Shown here piece after piece: positions 1 through 9,114 of a DNA stretch of 64,000 bases. Numbering within the stretch: the first letter of the stretch is position 1; each line of letters begins with the position of its first letter. Both the position numbers and the translations under genes were made by a program. The notes below the pieces were generated by a model. It searched no databases. It was not told the origin of the DNA and saw only the letters and a program-made list of their open reading frames with translations. Origin of the DNA: a virus. Its lineage: Duplodnaviria; Caudoviricetes. The stretch lies in the IMG/VR virus record IMGVR_UViG_3300020419_001132; one strand, given 5' to 3'.

Positions 1-432
1 AGGAGTTATAATCCTAAATACTTCCGGATCGTTGATTCTGTCACCGTCACAATGTGTGGGAAAATAACCTCCTGGCGGCAGTTTAATAAAATGACTTCTT
101 GCTATCCAATCCTTCCAAGGGTCAACTAATTTACGTACTTCCTCGCACTGGTGATAGACAGGTGTAAGTGTTGTATAACTTGCTTCGTAAAAAATTTCGC
201 CTGTTCGTTCCATTACGTCTTTGAGGCTATCTAGGTCGTTACCATCAAAACCCCCATCAATACTAGTTACACTTAATCCGTCTCGTAGGATATGTGGTTT
301 ACCAGGATTAAATTTTTTCCATTTATCTTTAAATGGCTCTAGTTCTTTTTGTAATTTACCTGTATTACATTTAAATTTTGTTGGTAGTAAATCACCATAG
401 TTACACATTATATTGTAAAGATGCCAACTCAT
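1..432 (-). CDS. Asp/Asn beta-hydroxylase-like 2OG-Fe(II) dioxygenase (runs off the window start; not in the ORF track)
   Basis: Manual translation from ATG at 432: MSWHLYNIMCNYGDLLPTKF...ARSHFIKLPPGGYFPTHCDGDRINDPEVFRIITP; HxD motif preceded by the typical 'L.PGG..P.H.D'. Confidence 0.65.
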   Translation of the reverse strand, partial: MSWHLYNIMCNYGDLLPTKFKCNTGKLQKELEPFKDKWKKFNPGKPHILRDGLSVTSIDGGFDGNDLDSLKDVMERTGEIFYEASYTTLTPVYHQCEEVRKLVDPWKDWIARSHFIKLPPGGYFPTHCDGDRINDPEVFRIITP

Positions 433-880
433 TTATAACCTCCTGTACTGCTTCTTCTAGTGTTGTTTTTGTTATTAGATTAGGATTATCTTTTGTAAGT
501 TCATGATTTTTTAGAAATCCCCATGTAAGATACTTTTGATTAAGTGTAGTACTTATATTCCTTAATGCTAATTTATTCTGTTTCTTGATTTTATATTCTT
601 CATCTATAACATTAGCTTCAGTAATATTACTGCCTATATTGATACAAGGAATCTTTTTTTTATTTGCTAGTACACTTATATTTACTTGTGCATTTCCAAC
701 TTCTGCGTTGTTTACAATTACATCAAACTTTGTTTCAAAAATAGCATCAGCATTGAACAATAAATTATAACCATTTGTTCTACTAAATCCTACTACCTCG
801 TATCCTCCTTGAATACATTTTTCTTTAATATGTTTGCCGAAGCCTTTCGTATGCCCGGTTATGCCAATCGTAATACCCAT
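401..880 (-). CDS. Short-chain dehydrogenase-like NAD(P)-binding Rossmann protein
   Basis: N-terminal ITGHTKGFG (TGxxxGxG) and DVIVNNA motif. Confidence 0.6.
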   Translation of the reverse strand: MGITIGITGHTKGFGKHIKEKCIQGGYEVVGFSRTNGYNLLFNADAIFETKFDVIVNNAEVGNAQVNISVLANKKKIPCINIGSNITEANVIDEEYKIKKQNKLALRNISTTLNQKYLTWGFLKNHELTKDNPNLITKTTLEEAVQEVINELASLQYNV

Positions 881-1314
881 TGCAGGCCTCCTCGTGGTAT
901 ATCTTCCTGTGTCAAATTCCAGTTATAAAAGTTATGTTTTTGAAACCATTCCAGTAATTTAGGATTTTCTTCTCTGCTTATCCAGATATCTTTATATCCT
1001 AATTCTAATGCATACTTTGTACTTTGTTCTAACGTTTCGTTTCCTCGTTGCAGATCATCGTTCATACTCCCCCAATCATAATCTCTATCTCTTGTATGTC
1101 TACTCATAATACGTATGCTACCATTATATTCAGGACGTTCTATGCCTGCACTATAATAAATTAGATGGGGATCGTATGCCATACGGGAAAATTTAGTATG
1201 TTCAAATAATGGCCATTGTACATAATTAGATTCATGTTTATGACCTTTTGTTTTTTTAAATAGTTCTTTTATATCATTTAAATGAGGATTAATATCTTCT
1301 AGTAACCATTTCAT
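859..1314 (-). CDS. Hypothetical protein, possibly GNAT-like
   Basis: Coupled to its neighbours; 'ALELGYKDIWISRE' resembles a GNAT beta-strand region, weak. Confidence 0.4.
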   Translation of the reverse strand: MKWLLEDINPHLNDIKELFKKTKGHKHESNYVQWPLFEHTKFSRMAYDPHLIYYSAGIERPEYNGSIRIMSRHTRDRDYDWGSMNDDLQRGNETLEQSTKYALELGYKDIWISREENPKLLEWFQKHNFYNWNLTQEDIPRGGLQWVLRLA

Positions 1315-1886
1315 GGAATGCTTTCTTCGTGATGATCTTTATGGTTACCTTCAAAGGGTGCAATAACATTTACCCATAATCTGTTTGCAGGACCTTCTGC
1401 GTCGTGACCAAACAAGTTTAGCACACCAAAACCTAAGTATGCAAGAAGAAATATTATTGATAAAATTACTAGAGCATTTACACCGAAAAGTAAAAACCAT
1501 AAAATAGTGTTTGCAATATAGATTGTATATCTATGTTTATGGAAAAATACTACTCTTGGATTCTTTATCATGTCTTTTATATATTTCCTTGGTATTGATT
1601 CAATATGCCATAAACTAAAAAGTATATTATACCAGGGTTGGAACTTAGCACTATGGGGGTCTTTTTCAGTATCAGCAAATTCGTGGTGCATACGATGTAC
1701 GCCAACCCATCCTAAAGGACTTCTTAGCCCACATAGCAATCCGCAGTAAAGCATTACAATTTCTTGCCACTTATTTGCCTTAAAACTTTTATGTGAAAAA
1801 TACCTATGATAACCATAAGTAACACCTATTGTTACAACAACCATGTAACAAAAATAAGATAAGAGTATAAGATATAGTACTTCCAT
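1311..1886 (-). CDS. Membrane fatty-acid (delta-9-type) desaturase
   Basis: Three His boxes HRYFSH, HRMHH, HKDHH plus hydrophobic segments. Confidence 0.85.
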   Translation of the reverse strand: MEVLYLILLSYFCYMVVVTIGVTYGYHRYFSHKSFKANKWQEIVMLYCGLLCGLRSPLGWVGVHRMHHEFADTEKDPHSAKFQPWYNILFSLWHIESIPRKYIKDMIKNPRVVFFHKHRYTIYIANTILWFLLFGVNALVILSIIFLLAYLGFGVLNLFGHDAEGPANRLWVNVIAPFEGNHKDHHEESIP

Positions 1887-1928
1887 ACTAATACTTATCT
1901 CAATTATGTTGGGTATAAATTAATGTGA

Positions 1929-3212
1929 TTAGTTTAGGTTTTCCCAAGCACCACCATTGTATCCTTGGAACTTGGCTCCTGCTGTATTAAATACAATCAT
2001 TCCTGCTGAAGGGCTTGAAAGTGCGGTATCACGTGCAGAATCATTTGCATATACAGGTAGCATAAATGCACCTGAAGCTTTTACATTACCTACTACTTCA
2101 ACTGCTTCTGTAACTGCACCAAAACTAGTATTTGCAGGATCAACTCTAAGTTTAACACCACCACTTACCATGTAGTCATTAAATAAACTTAAACCTTTAC
2201 CGCCACCGTTTGAATTAATAAACATAGCTGTTTTTGATGCTGATATATAACCATATGTAGTATTATTATCATTAAATTTTACTGAACCTAATGTTGTTGA
2301 AGAACCTGCTCCTGCTGTTCCATATTCTAATCTTAGTTCTGCGTCTGTTGCATCAATTGTTTTGACTGTAACTTGTTTTGTTTGTACTAATGCATTGTCT
2401 ACGGTACCTACAAGTTTTGATAATATACCATCAACAAGTATTGTAGAATCATCTGAATAAACTGATCCAGTTAGTTCTCCGTCTAATGTACCGTTAACTG
2501 CTCCACTAAATGTTCCTTTAACTATACTAGCTGATATTTGTCCGTTGACAGCATCAACCAGTAATGTTGAATTATCTGCAAATACTGAACCGCTTAGATC
2601 ACCGTCTATTGCTGTTGCATTTACTGTTGCGGCAGTAATAGTTGTAACGTTAGTTATTGCCTGGGTATTCATATTCAATGCGCCACTGCCCATTGTTAAC
2701 CCGTTAAGGTTAATAATAGTATTGGAGTTTGCATCAATATTGCCTGACATTGTTAAGCCAGATATACTTAGAGTGCTTGTCGGTGCCCAATTTGCGCCGC
2801 CCCAAGCTAGTAATTGATTTGTACTAGGGGTTCCTATAGCTACATCACTTAGGTCTTTAATTGAATTATTTGTTAGGACAATTTTACTATTAACAGCATC
2901 TACAAGGATAGTAGAATCATCGCCAACAATACTACCTTTATAATCTCCTACGAAGTTAGTAGCAGTAACAGAGCCAGTTATATTAATATTACCATTACCA
3001 GTAATATTTTTACTGTTCATATCTAAATTTCCGCCAAGTTGTGGAGTAACATCTTCTAAAAGATCGTTCATTCCACTTACAAGGTTTCCACCTAATGTAG
3101 TGCCGTCTCCAGCATACAGTTTTTTCGTATCAGTAGTGTATACTATTTCGCCTTCTGCTGGCGTTACGCCCGTTCTACTAGCATTAGTACCGCGTCTAAG
3201 TCTTAAAGCCAT
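1929..3212 (-). CDS. Virion fibre/structural protein
   Basis: N-terminal LRLRRGT..PAEGEIVYTTDTKKLYAGDG module, PQLGGNLD motif, G/S/T-rich beta repeats, TATAAATA promoter upstream. Confidence 0.75.
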   Translation of the reverse strand: MALRLRRGTNASRTGVTPAEGEIVYTTDTKKLYAGDGTTLGGNLVSGMNDLLEDVTPQLGGNLDMNSKNITGNGNINITGSVTATNFVGDYKGSIVGDDSTILVDAVNSKIVLTNNSIKDLSDVAIGTPSTNQLLAWGGANWAPTSTLSISGLTMSGNIDANSNTIINLNGLTMGSGALNMNTQAITNVTTITAATVNATAIDGDLSGSVFADNSTLLVDAVNGQISASIVKGTFSGAVNGTLDGELTGSVYSDDSTILVDGILSKLVGTVDNALVQTKQVTVKTIDATDAELRLEYGTAGAGSSTTLGSVKFNDNNTTYGYISASKTAMFINSNGGGKGLSLFNDYMVSGGVKLRVDPANTSFGAVTEAVEVVGNVKASGAFMLPVYANDSARDTALSSPSAGMIVFNTAGAKFQGYNGGAWENLN

Positions 3213-3242
3213 GTCTTTTAACTCCTAGTGAATTACTATATG

Positions 3243-3250
3243 TATTTATA
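3243..3250 (-). promoter_or_regulatory. T4-type late promoter TATAAATA
   Basis: Exact match upstream of the fibre gene. Confidence 0.75.
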
Positions 3251-3267
3251 CATTTAGCCATCTAAAC

Positions 3268-3597
3268 TTACCTGCGTTTTTTTAAGAAACTTGCTGTTCG
3301 ACGTTGAATATCTTGCTTTATTCTTTTGGTATCTAGTCTAAAATCAATGTGCTTTATGTCGTTTTCGTATTCAGCAAACAAATCACCCATTGACTTCTCT
3401 ACAGCCTCCGGACTGTCTTTTAATTTAGACTTTGCAACATCTATATCCCATATCTTTCCATCACTAAATTGTACACGAACAGAATGAAGATATTTAATTG
3501 GCACAACATTTAATTCAACATCTTGAAATATTTCCGGCCAATGCGATATAACGTCTTCTGGAAGCTTCTTGGTCTTTTTAGGCACTTTCGTTAGCAA
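3268..3597 (-). CDS. Hypothetical phage protein
   Basis: ORF overlapping the upstream gene; no recognisable motif. Confidence 0.6.
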   Translation of the reverse strand: MLTKVPKKTKKLPEDVISHWPEIFQDVELNVVPIKYLHSVRVQFSDGKIWDIDVAKSKLKDSPEAVEKSMGDLFAEYENDIKHIDFRLDTKRIKQDIQRRTASFLKKRR

Positions 3598-4210
3598 CTT
3601 TTTTCTTCTTGGTAGGCGCTAACTCTTCTGCTTGTTCTCTAAGTTTCTTTGCTTCTTTGAATAACCTATCAGCTTGTGATCTGTACCCAGAGGCAATTTG
3701 TTCATCGCTTAATACACCATCTTGTGGAGCAGTTAAGTTTGTAGTTGCATCGTCTGCAATCGGTTGTGCAGGCGTTGTTTTAGCAGATTCTGTTGCTGTT
3801 TTAGGAGCATCTGAAACTTCTGCTCTTGGATCTTTTAGAGCTAAATCATCAATGCTAACTCCTTTTTGATCAGCAATAATTTTGTTAAGCTCATCTAAAG
3901 AAACTACAGTCTTATTGTCAGGAGTCATTTCAACATCAGATGTGTTAAACTTTACCATCTTTCCTGTTGTATGAAACCTTGCTAACATATTACTTCCATC
4001 TGAAAGTTGTGTTCTAGCCATTACTTCAGCTAGTTCGTTAGCACTCTGAGCGGCATTAGATTCAACAAGACTAATCAAACTATCATGATCAGCCGCTTCT
4101 AAGTTTTCAGTTGTTACACATACACACTGATCAGATTCACCTGGTACAGTTCTATATGCAACTACTAGTTTTCGTTGATTGGTTTTCAATCTTCCTACAT
4201 GTTTAAGCAT
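3578..4210 (-). CDS. Hypothetical phage protein (likely start MLKHVGRLK at 4210)
   Basis: ATG at 4208-4210 overlaps the end of the upstream ORF, with GGAG upstream. Confidence 0.6.
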   Translation of the reverse strand: MLKHVGRLKTNQRKLVVAYRTVPGESDQCVCVTTENLEAADHDSLISLVESNAAQSANELAEVMARTQLSDGSNMLARFHTTGKMVKFNTSDVEMTPDNKTVVSLDELNKIIADQKGVSIDDLALKDPRAEVSDAPKTATESAKTTPAQPIADDATTNLTAPQDGVLSDEQIASGYRSQADRLFKEAKKLREQAEELAPTKKKKVANESA

Positions 4211-4466
4211 TTTTTGCTCCTTCTTGTGCCTTCTGTTGAGCGGCAACGGCTGTTAGAAAGGCTTCTAGTTTGGTATAAACGGTGCCTACTACAGTCATTT
4301 CGTTTGGTTTAAATGCACCTCTGCCACTTGCAACATCAATAATTTGTTTCAAATTATTTAAATCGGCAACGGTTAATTCAACTGGTCCTTCTGCTCCTTC
4401 TGGTGTAGAAGTTTGTTCTTCTACAGGTGCAACAGACTCAGCTGGTTTTTCTTTCTCGTCGGTCAT
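4203..4466 (-). CDS. Small acidic hypothetical protein
   Basis: GGAG SD and TAAATA element upstream. Confidence 0.6.
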   Translation of the reverse strand: MTDEKEKPAESVAPVEEQTSTPEGAEGPVELTVADLNNLKQIIDVASGRGAFKPNEMTVVGTVYTKLEAFLTAVAAQQKAQEGAKNA

Positions 4467-4503
4467 ACAAGTTTCTCCTTATATTATAATTATGACTTAA
4501 TAT

Positions 4504-4794
4504 TTACTTATATTTTAAATGTGGACAAGCTAAAGTGAAATACGATAGCTCTTTAGGTTCTTCAAAACCTACCTTTAAAGACTCTGACATGGTGTTTGAT
4601 GTATCAACATGTATTCCTCTTCCTATGTAAAACCTACCTTTAAGGTGGCTTTTAATCCATTTACCTATTGTGTGATCAAGGTTATACCTCATAGGAACAT
4701 GTATGTATTCAAAATGAGGAGGCGGATTATTCGGAGTTCTTACACCGAAGAAGTCTAAACGATTAGGTTTTTTAATTGTTAATTGCTTCTTCAT
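4504..4794 (-). CDS. Hypothetical phage protein
   Basis: ORF coupled to the VWA gene. Confidence 0.55.
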   Translation of the reverse strand: MKKQLTIKKPNRLDFFGVRTPNNPPPHFEYIHVPMRYNLDHTIGKWIKSHLKGRFYIGRGIHVDTSNTMSESLKVGFEEPKELSYFTLACPHLKYK

Positions 4795-6160
4795 AATGTG
4801 CAGTTATCCCAAATGGTGCTTCAAAATTTTTATCATGATATCCATGTATAATGAATACAGTATCGCAATACTCTTCGTCACCCCAACTATCCCAAGGATA
4901 GCCATCTGTAAACATAATAAATTTCTTAGGTTGAATGTCGTTTTCTTTCATGTATTTCCAATTACACATGAAGTCTGTACCACCTCCACCTTTGATGTCG
5001 TAGTTTAATAAATCATCACTATTGTCAGATGAAAAATCTTGTTCATTATAAACTTTTGTATCAAAGCACCATACTTTAATATTAAAGTCTTTGTATTGAT
5101 CCATAATGCCTTTTAGCTCAGACATCATTTCCTTAGCTTGTTCGTTACCAATTGAACCGCTCATGTCAAGTCCAACGGCAATGTCAATTGTTTCTTCAAA
5201 ATTCATTCCAGGAAGAACTGCACCAATGTGCCAACCTTTACGTGAAGGCCTCATAAAAGTGTAATCGCTCTTTATTACAGATTGAATCTGTTGCTGAATT
5301 ATTTCTCGCCAATTCATTTTAGGTTCTGTAAGTTCTTTTATCATTCTTTCTATTTCACCAGGAACATTACCAGCACCTGCGGCTTGTGCCGCCGCCATCA
5401 TACCTTCTTTAATTTCTTCTTTAATCTTACGAAGTTGCTCTTTTGAATACTTAGGAGGTCCTTTTTTCTTATTTCCATTAGCACCTTTTCCTTGATTATC
5501 ACCGTCTTCACCCCAGTCGATATGATCATCTAACAATTCACCTAATTGATCTAAATCAATTTTTTCCGCATTTTCATATAAGTGATCGTATACTTGTTCT
5601 GACGACCAACCTTCGTATTTGTAGTCTTGATAGATAGGTATTTGTGTAACTTTTTCTCCTATCTTTTCTCTAACAAGTAAGTTGTTTACAAGATAGTCAC
5701 AAGCAATATTATATAAGTGAGGATCTCTATCTACCCTTCGCTCTAAATGATCGAATGCACAATGTAATATTTCGTGTGCAATTACAAATTCAATTTGTTT
5801 TTCTGTAAGGTTATTAAAAAATTGTGTGTTGTAATATAAATGTCTACCGTCTGTTGCGGCAGTAGGACACCAATCATCACAACTAGCTATTTTTAATCTT
5901 GTAGCCATGTTACCAAAGAATGGATGTCTCAATAAAAGTCCAACCCTTGCTACAATAACTTTATCTAAAACTTCTTTAGACATTTTTTCAAGAACTTCTG
6001 GATCAATATCTGGATCTGGTTGCCAATTCTTTTTGCCAAGTTTTTCAGGTAAAGTTGATCCTGGAACTGGCATATTATTAACGTCTGCAACCTCACCCAT
6101 AATGATGTCGTTCATATGTGCTTGGAATTCACCTTCTGTATTTGCTTGTGATATTGTCAT
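4772..6160 (-). CDS. Metallopeptidase-like (HExxH) plus VWA domain protein, MoxR partner
   Basis: AHEILH; MIDAS motif DMSGS, GGGTDF, FTDGY. Confidence 0.85.
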   Translation of the reverse strand: MTISQANTEGEFQAHMNDIIMGEVADVNNMPVPGSTLPEKLGKKNWQPDPDIDPEVLEKMSKEVLDKVIVARVGLLLRHPFFGNMATRLKIASCDDWCPTAATDGRHLYYNTQFFNNLTEKQIEFVIAHEILHCAFDHLERRVDRDPHLYNIACDYLVNNLLVREKIGEKVTQIPIYQDYKYEGWSSEQVYDHLYENAEKIDLDQLGELLDDHIDWGEDGDNQGKGANGNKKKGPPKYSKEQLRKIKEEIKEGMMAAAQAAGAGNVPGEIERMIKELTEPKMNWREIIQQQIQSVIKSDYTFMRPSRKGWHIGAVLPGMNFEETIDIAVGLDMSGSIGNEQAKEMMSELKGIMDQYKDFNIKVWCFDTKVYNEQDFSSDNSDDLLNYDIKGGGGTDFMCNWKYMKENDIQPKKFIMFTDGYPWDSWGDEEYCDTVFIIHGYHDKNFEAPFGITAHYEEAINN

Positions 6161-6195
6161 GTTATGTTCCCTATTCAGTGCCTTATTATGTATAT

Positions 6196-6224
6196 ACTAT
6201 ACTATATTTAATGAAAGAAGTCAA
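6196..6224 (-). promoter_or_regulatory. sigma70-like promoter for the VWA gene
   Basis: TTGACT-17-TATAGT. Confidence 0.65.
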
Positions 6225-6269
6225 GAGAAATGGACATTTTTTGTAAGAGAAATGCCCAAAACTCATATA

Positions 6270-7355
6270 TTATGCCTGTTGTGCTTTGGTAATATATCTA
6301 CCAAAACGATCATGAAACTCATCAAAACACTTAACTTCATCTGGATCAATTGGAAGAGCATATTGTGTGAGGGCCAACTTTACACCCATAACAACCAATT
6401 CAGTTTCGAAGTTGTCCATCATAAAACGTAAAAATCTATCAACCATATCATCGAAGTCTTTATCGTTTTTATCAGATGCTTCTTTAAGTTCATAACAGAG
6501 TGAGACCGCTAAGGAATACATGGCACTGATTTCTTTGGTCTGCAACTCCTTTACCTTGCCGTTTAATATGTCGGCTGGGTTAGGCATTTGTGATGCTACC
6601 TTACGGTGAGCAACAAACTTGAGAGCCAGGCCTTCGCCTACTGAACCACTAACAAGATCTGTTGTAGTTTCCTCGTCAAGTTCATCTTCAAGCAACTCAC
6701 TAACAAAACTCCATGAACGCGGAGTTGCAAATGATCGGCTTGGAGATTTCGGATCAAAGTCGTATAGGTCCTTTTTGCTAAATTGCAAATAACCTACAAC
6801 GTCTTTATGAATTTTGTTATCAACGGCCCATGAAAACCAATCTGGAAAATCAACTGAAAGTTCTAAGTGAACAAACCTGTTTGCTAATGGAGCCGGCATT
6901 CTATAAACAACACCTTTATCTGCTTCTCTGTTACCTGCGGCAACAATATAAACATTATCAGGTAGTTCATAAGTGCCAACACGTCTATTAAGAATAAGCT
7001 GATAAGCCGCCGCCTGTACAGCCGGAGCCGCAGAATTCATTTCGTCTAAGAAAAGGATAATTGCCTTATGTTTCTTAGCCATTTTAGCATTTGGAAGTTC
7101 AACAGGTGGTGCCCATTGCATAGTATTATCGTTTGCTGAATAATACGGAATTCCTTTAATATCTGTTGGTTCCCAAAGTGATAACCTAACATCAATTACG
7201 TGAGCTTCAATAGACTCACCAATTTGATGAACGATATCTGATTTACCAATGCCTGGAGGTCCCCAAATAAATACGGGCCTCTTTTTGTTCATTGCATGTA
7301 ATATTCTTGATTTTGCCGTATTCGGGCCTAGTGTGCGAACTGCTACATTTTCCAT
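6270..7355 (-). CDS. MoxR-family AAA+ ATPase
   Basis: Walker A GPPGIGKS, Walker B LFLDE, AAGNR, PLANRF. Confidence 0.9.
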   Translation of the reverse strand: MENVAVRTLGPNTAKSRILHAMNKKRPVFIWGPPGIGKSDIVHQIGESIEAHVIDVRLSLWEPTDIKGIPYYSANDNTMQWAPPVELPNAKMAKKHKAIILFLDEMNSAAPAVQAAAYQLILNRRVGTYELPDNVYIVAAGNREADKGVVYRMPAPLANRFVHLELSVDFPDWFSWAVDNKIHKDVVGYLQFSKKDLYDFDPKSPSRSFATPRSWSFVSELLEDELDEETTTDLVSGSVGEGLALKFVAHRKVASQMPNPADILNGKVKELQTKEISAMYSLAVSLCYELKEASDKNDKDFDDMVDRFLRFMMDNFETELVVMGVKLALTQYALPIDPDEVKCFDEFHDRFGRYITKAQQA

Positions 7356-7402
7356 TTTGTACTCCTTTTTTTCGTCAGTGCCTAATTTCTAACTATATAT
7401 AC

Positions 7403-7430
7403 AGTATAGCATCACTAGAATAAAAGTCAA
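7403..7430 (-). promoter_or_regulatory. sigma70-like promoter for the MoxR gene
   Basis: TTGACT-16-TATACT with an extended -10 TG. Confidence 0.65.
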
Positions 7431-7450
7431 CCTTTTGTTTACCAAAAAGT

Positions 7451-7831
7451 TTAAGATTGTCGTTTCATTGCTTTAACAAGTCCATATTTACGTAGATCTC
7501 CTGCGAAAAGATGCAGTTCTAATGACTTCTTTTCGTTCGTAACGTAAAGACTATCTTTAGCCATAAAATATGGACAAGTTATAAACTTGTCAAGGAAAAT
7601 TATTGTTTGAGTTGTAATTGCTTTGTTTTTAGGATAAGGTATTTGATAAAATCTAAGATCAAGTGTTTCTTTCAAAAAGATAAATCCTGATTCTGTAAGA
7701 CGTAATCCGCCTTCTTTTTTATCGCGAGTGTTTTGCCACCATAGAGGCATGTGTTCTTTTAGTGTAGCTTCTGATATACTAATGTTTGCTTGTTTTAGAA
7801 ATATTTTTGTATATGTTTCTTTTAAGTTCAT
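7451..7831 (-). CDS. Hypothetical phage protein
   Basis: ATGA overlap with the upstream gene. Confidence 0.6.
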   Translation of the reverse strand: MNLKETYTKIFLKQANISISEATLKEHMPLWWQNTRDKKEGGLRLTESGFIFLKETLDLRFYQIPYPKNKAITTQTIIFLDKFITCPYFMAKDSLYVTNEKKSLELHLFAGDLRKYGLVKAMKRQS

Positions 7832-8115
7832 TCTTTCACTTCTTCACCTGAAGTTAGCTTTATTACCTTGAAGTCTTTAGAATCAAACATGTCGTTTAAT
7901 TTTTCAGCCAAGTTATGAGCATGTCCAGGATTAGAAAATGAAACCTTTTTATATTTAGGACCGGGATAATTTGTTAAAGAGTTGGAACTTTTTAAATTAA
8001 ATGGTTTGTTTTTGTAGAAAACAGCCCATATAGCTTCTGCGTCTAAAACTTGCTCTGCTCTATACGATTTTTTGTCAATAAATTCTAACAATACATTTGG
8101 CTTTGGTCTACTCAT
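7828..8115 (-). CDS. Hypothetical phage protein
   Basis: GATAAATA upstream (core at 8142-8147) and AGGA SD. Confidence 0.6.
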   Translation of the reverse strand: MSRPKPNVLLEFIDKKSYRAEQVLDAEAIWAVFYKNKPFNLKSSNSLTNYPGPKYKKVSFSNPGHAHNLAEKLNDMFDSKDFKVIKLTSGEEVKE

Positions 8116-8151
8116 ATACGTTCCTTAGTTATATACGTATATATTTATCTT

Positions 8152-8388
8152 TTAAAAGCCTCGACCGCCGTCCATTTGTATTTCTATAGGTTGATCTTCT
8201 TGGGTATTTTTTTGAATAAGTTTTTCTAAATCGCCGTTTAACCTAGCTAAAACAATACCTAAAGTAAATGCTAACGTTTTAGCTTGAGAAATATCAAGTC
8301 TTACTTCATTAGACCTACTCTGATCTGCACCTTTTACCTGTTTTAAGAACTGTTCTAATGGTGCAGTATTAATTGGTTCTTTTTCCAT
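8152..8388 (-). CDS. Hypothetical phage protein
   Basis: ORF in operon. Confidence 0.55.
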   Translation of the reverse strand: MEKEPINTAPLEQFLKQVKGADQSRSNEVRLDISQAKTLAFTLGIVLARLNGDLEKLIQKNTQEDQPIEIQMDGGRGF

Positions 8389-8914
8389 TTGCTCTTCCTA
8401 ATGCTTCTCGCATTTCTATTTTTGTTTTGAAAGGCCCTTGGTAATCATAAGTTTCTAAAGTAATAAGTTTAGGACAAAAACTTTTCACCCAACCTTTATC
8501 AAATTTAATTATATAAAATCCTGCACAATATAAACTTTTTGACTTGTAACTTTTTGTAAATAATGGCAGTTTATTTTTTACATCATACAGTGGATTATAA
8601 GGAACAGTAGTTGTAGGAAATCCGTGGCATTCTTTGGTATCAATTACAGTAATTTGCAGTTTATTCCACTTTATTGGTTCCCCTATTGCTCCAGTTACAT
8701 CTCCTTCGCTATCAAAAAATCTTGTACCATTTGAATCGCTAAGTAGATATTTTTCATCTGAAAGAGTTAATGTTGCAACTTTTTGTCCGTTCTCTTCTAA
8801 TATCCAAAATTTGCCATCAACTATTTCTTTTGCAGTTATACTCATTATGTTTCTAACTCCTTTTCTATTATTCCTTCTTTTGTTAGTTGTTTTACTACGT
8901 CTTGATCCACACAT
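8369..8914 (-). CDS. Hypothetical phage protein (true start probably MSITAKEIV)
   Basis: AGGAG SD precedes the internal Met. Confidence 0.55.
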   Translation of the reverse strand: MCGSRRSKTTNKRRNNRKGVRNIMSITAKEIVDGKFWILEENGQKVATLTLSDEKYLLSDSNGTRFFDSEGDVTGAIGEPIKWNKLQITVIDTKECHGFPTTTVPYNPLYDVKNKLPLFTKSYKSKSLYCAGFYIIKFDKGWVKSFCPKLITLETYDYQGPFKTKIEMREALGRANGKRTN

Positions 8915-9114
8915 GAAACCATATGTGGTCTGTAGTCGCTTCCAAACTCTTCGTACAATTTAAACAATATTTTATTTCCGTTTAAGGTTGCATATCGCTT
9001 ACATTGATCTACTGAGGTGAAAGTTGGTTCGGTAAAGACATATGCCATTGGCGGTTCAACTCCTTGTAGTTGACTGTTTAGCAATGTCATTAGTGCTACA
9101 ATATAGACTGTCAT
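8845..9114 (-). CDS. Small exported/membrane-anchored protein with a Cys pair
   Basis: Hydrophobic N-terminus; FTSVDQC...VSC. Confidence 0.5.
   Translation of the reverse strand: MTVYIVALMTLLNSQLQGVEPPMAYVFTEPTFTSVDQCKRYATLNGNKILFKLYEEFGSDYRPHMVSCVDQDVVKQLTKEGIIEKELET

Noticed and set aside
7355-7383. CUGACGA followed later by GAAA, resembling a hammerhead ribozyme core
   Set aside because: No stem II or flanking stems can form; the second AGGCACTGA copy lacks the core
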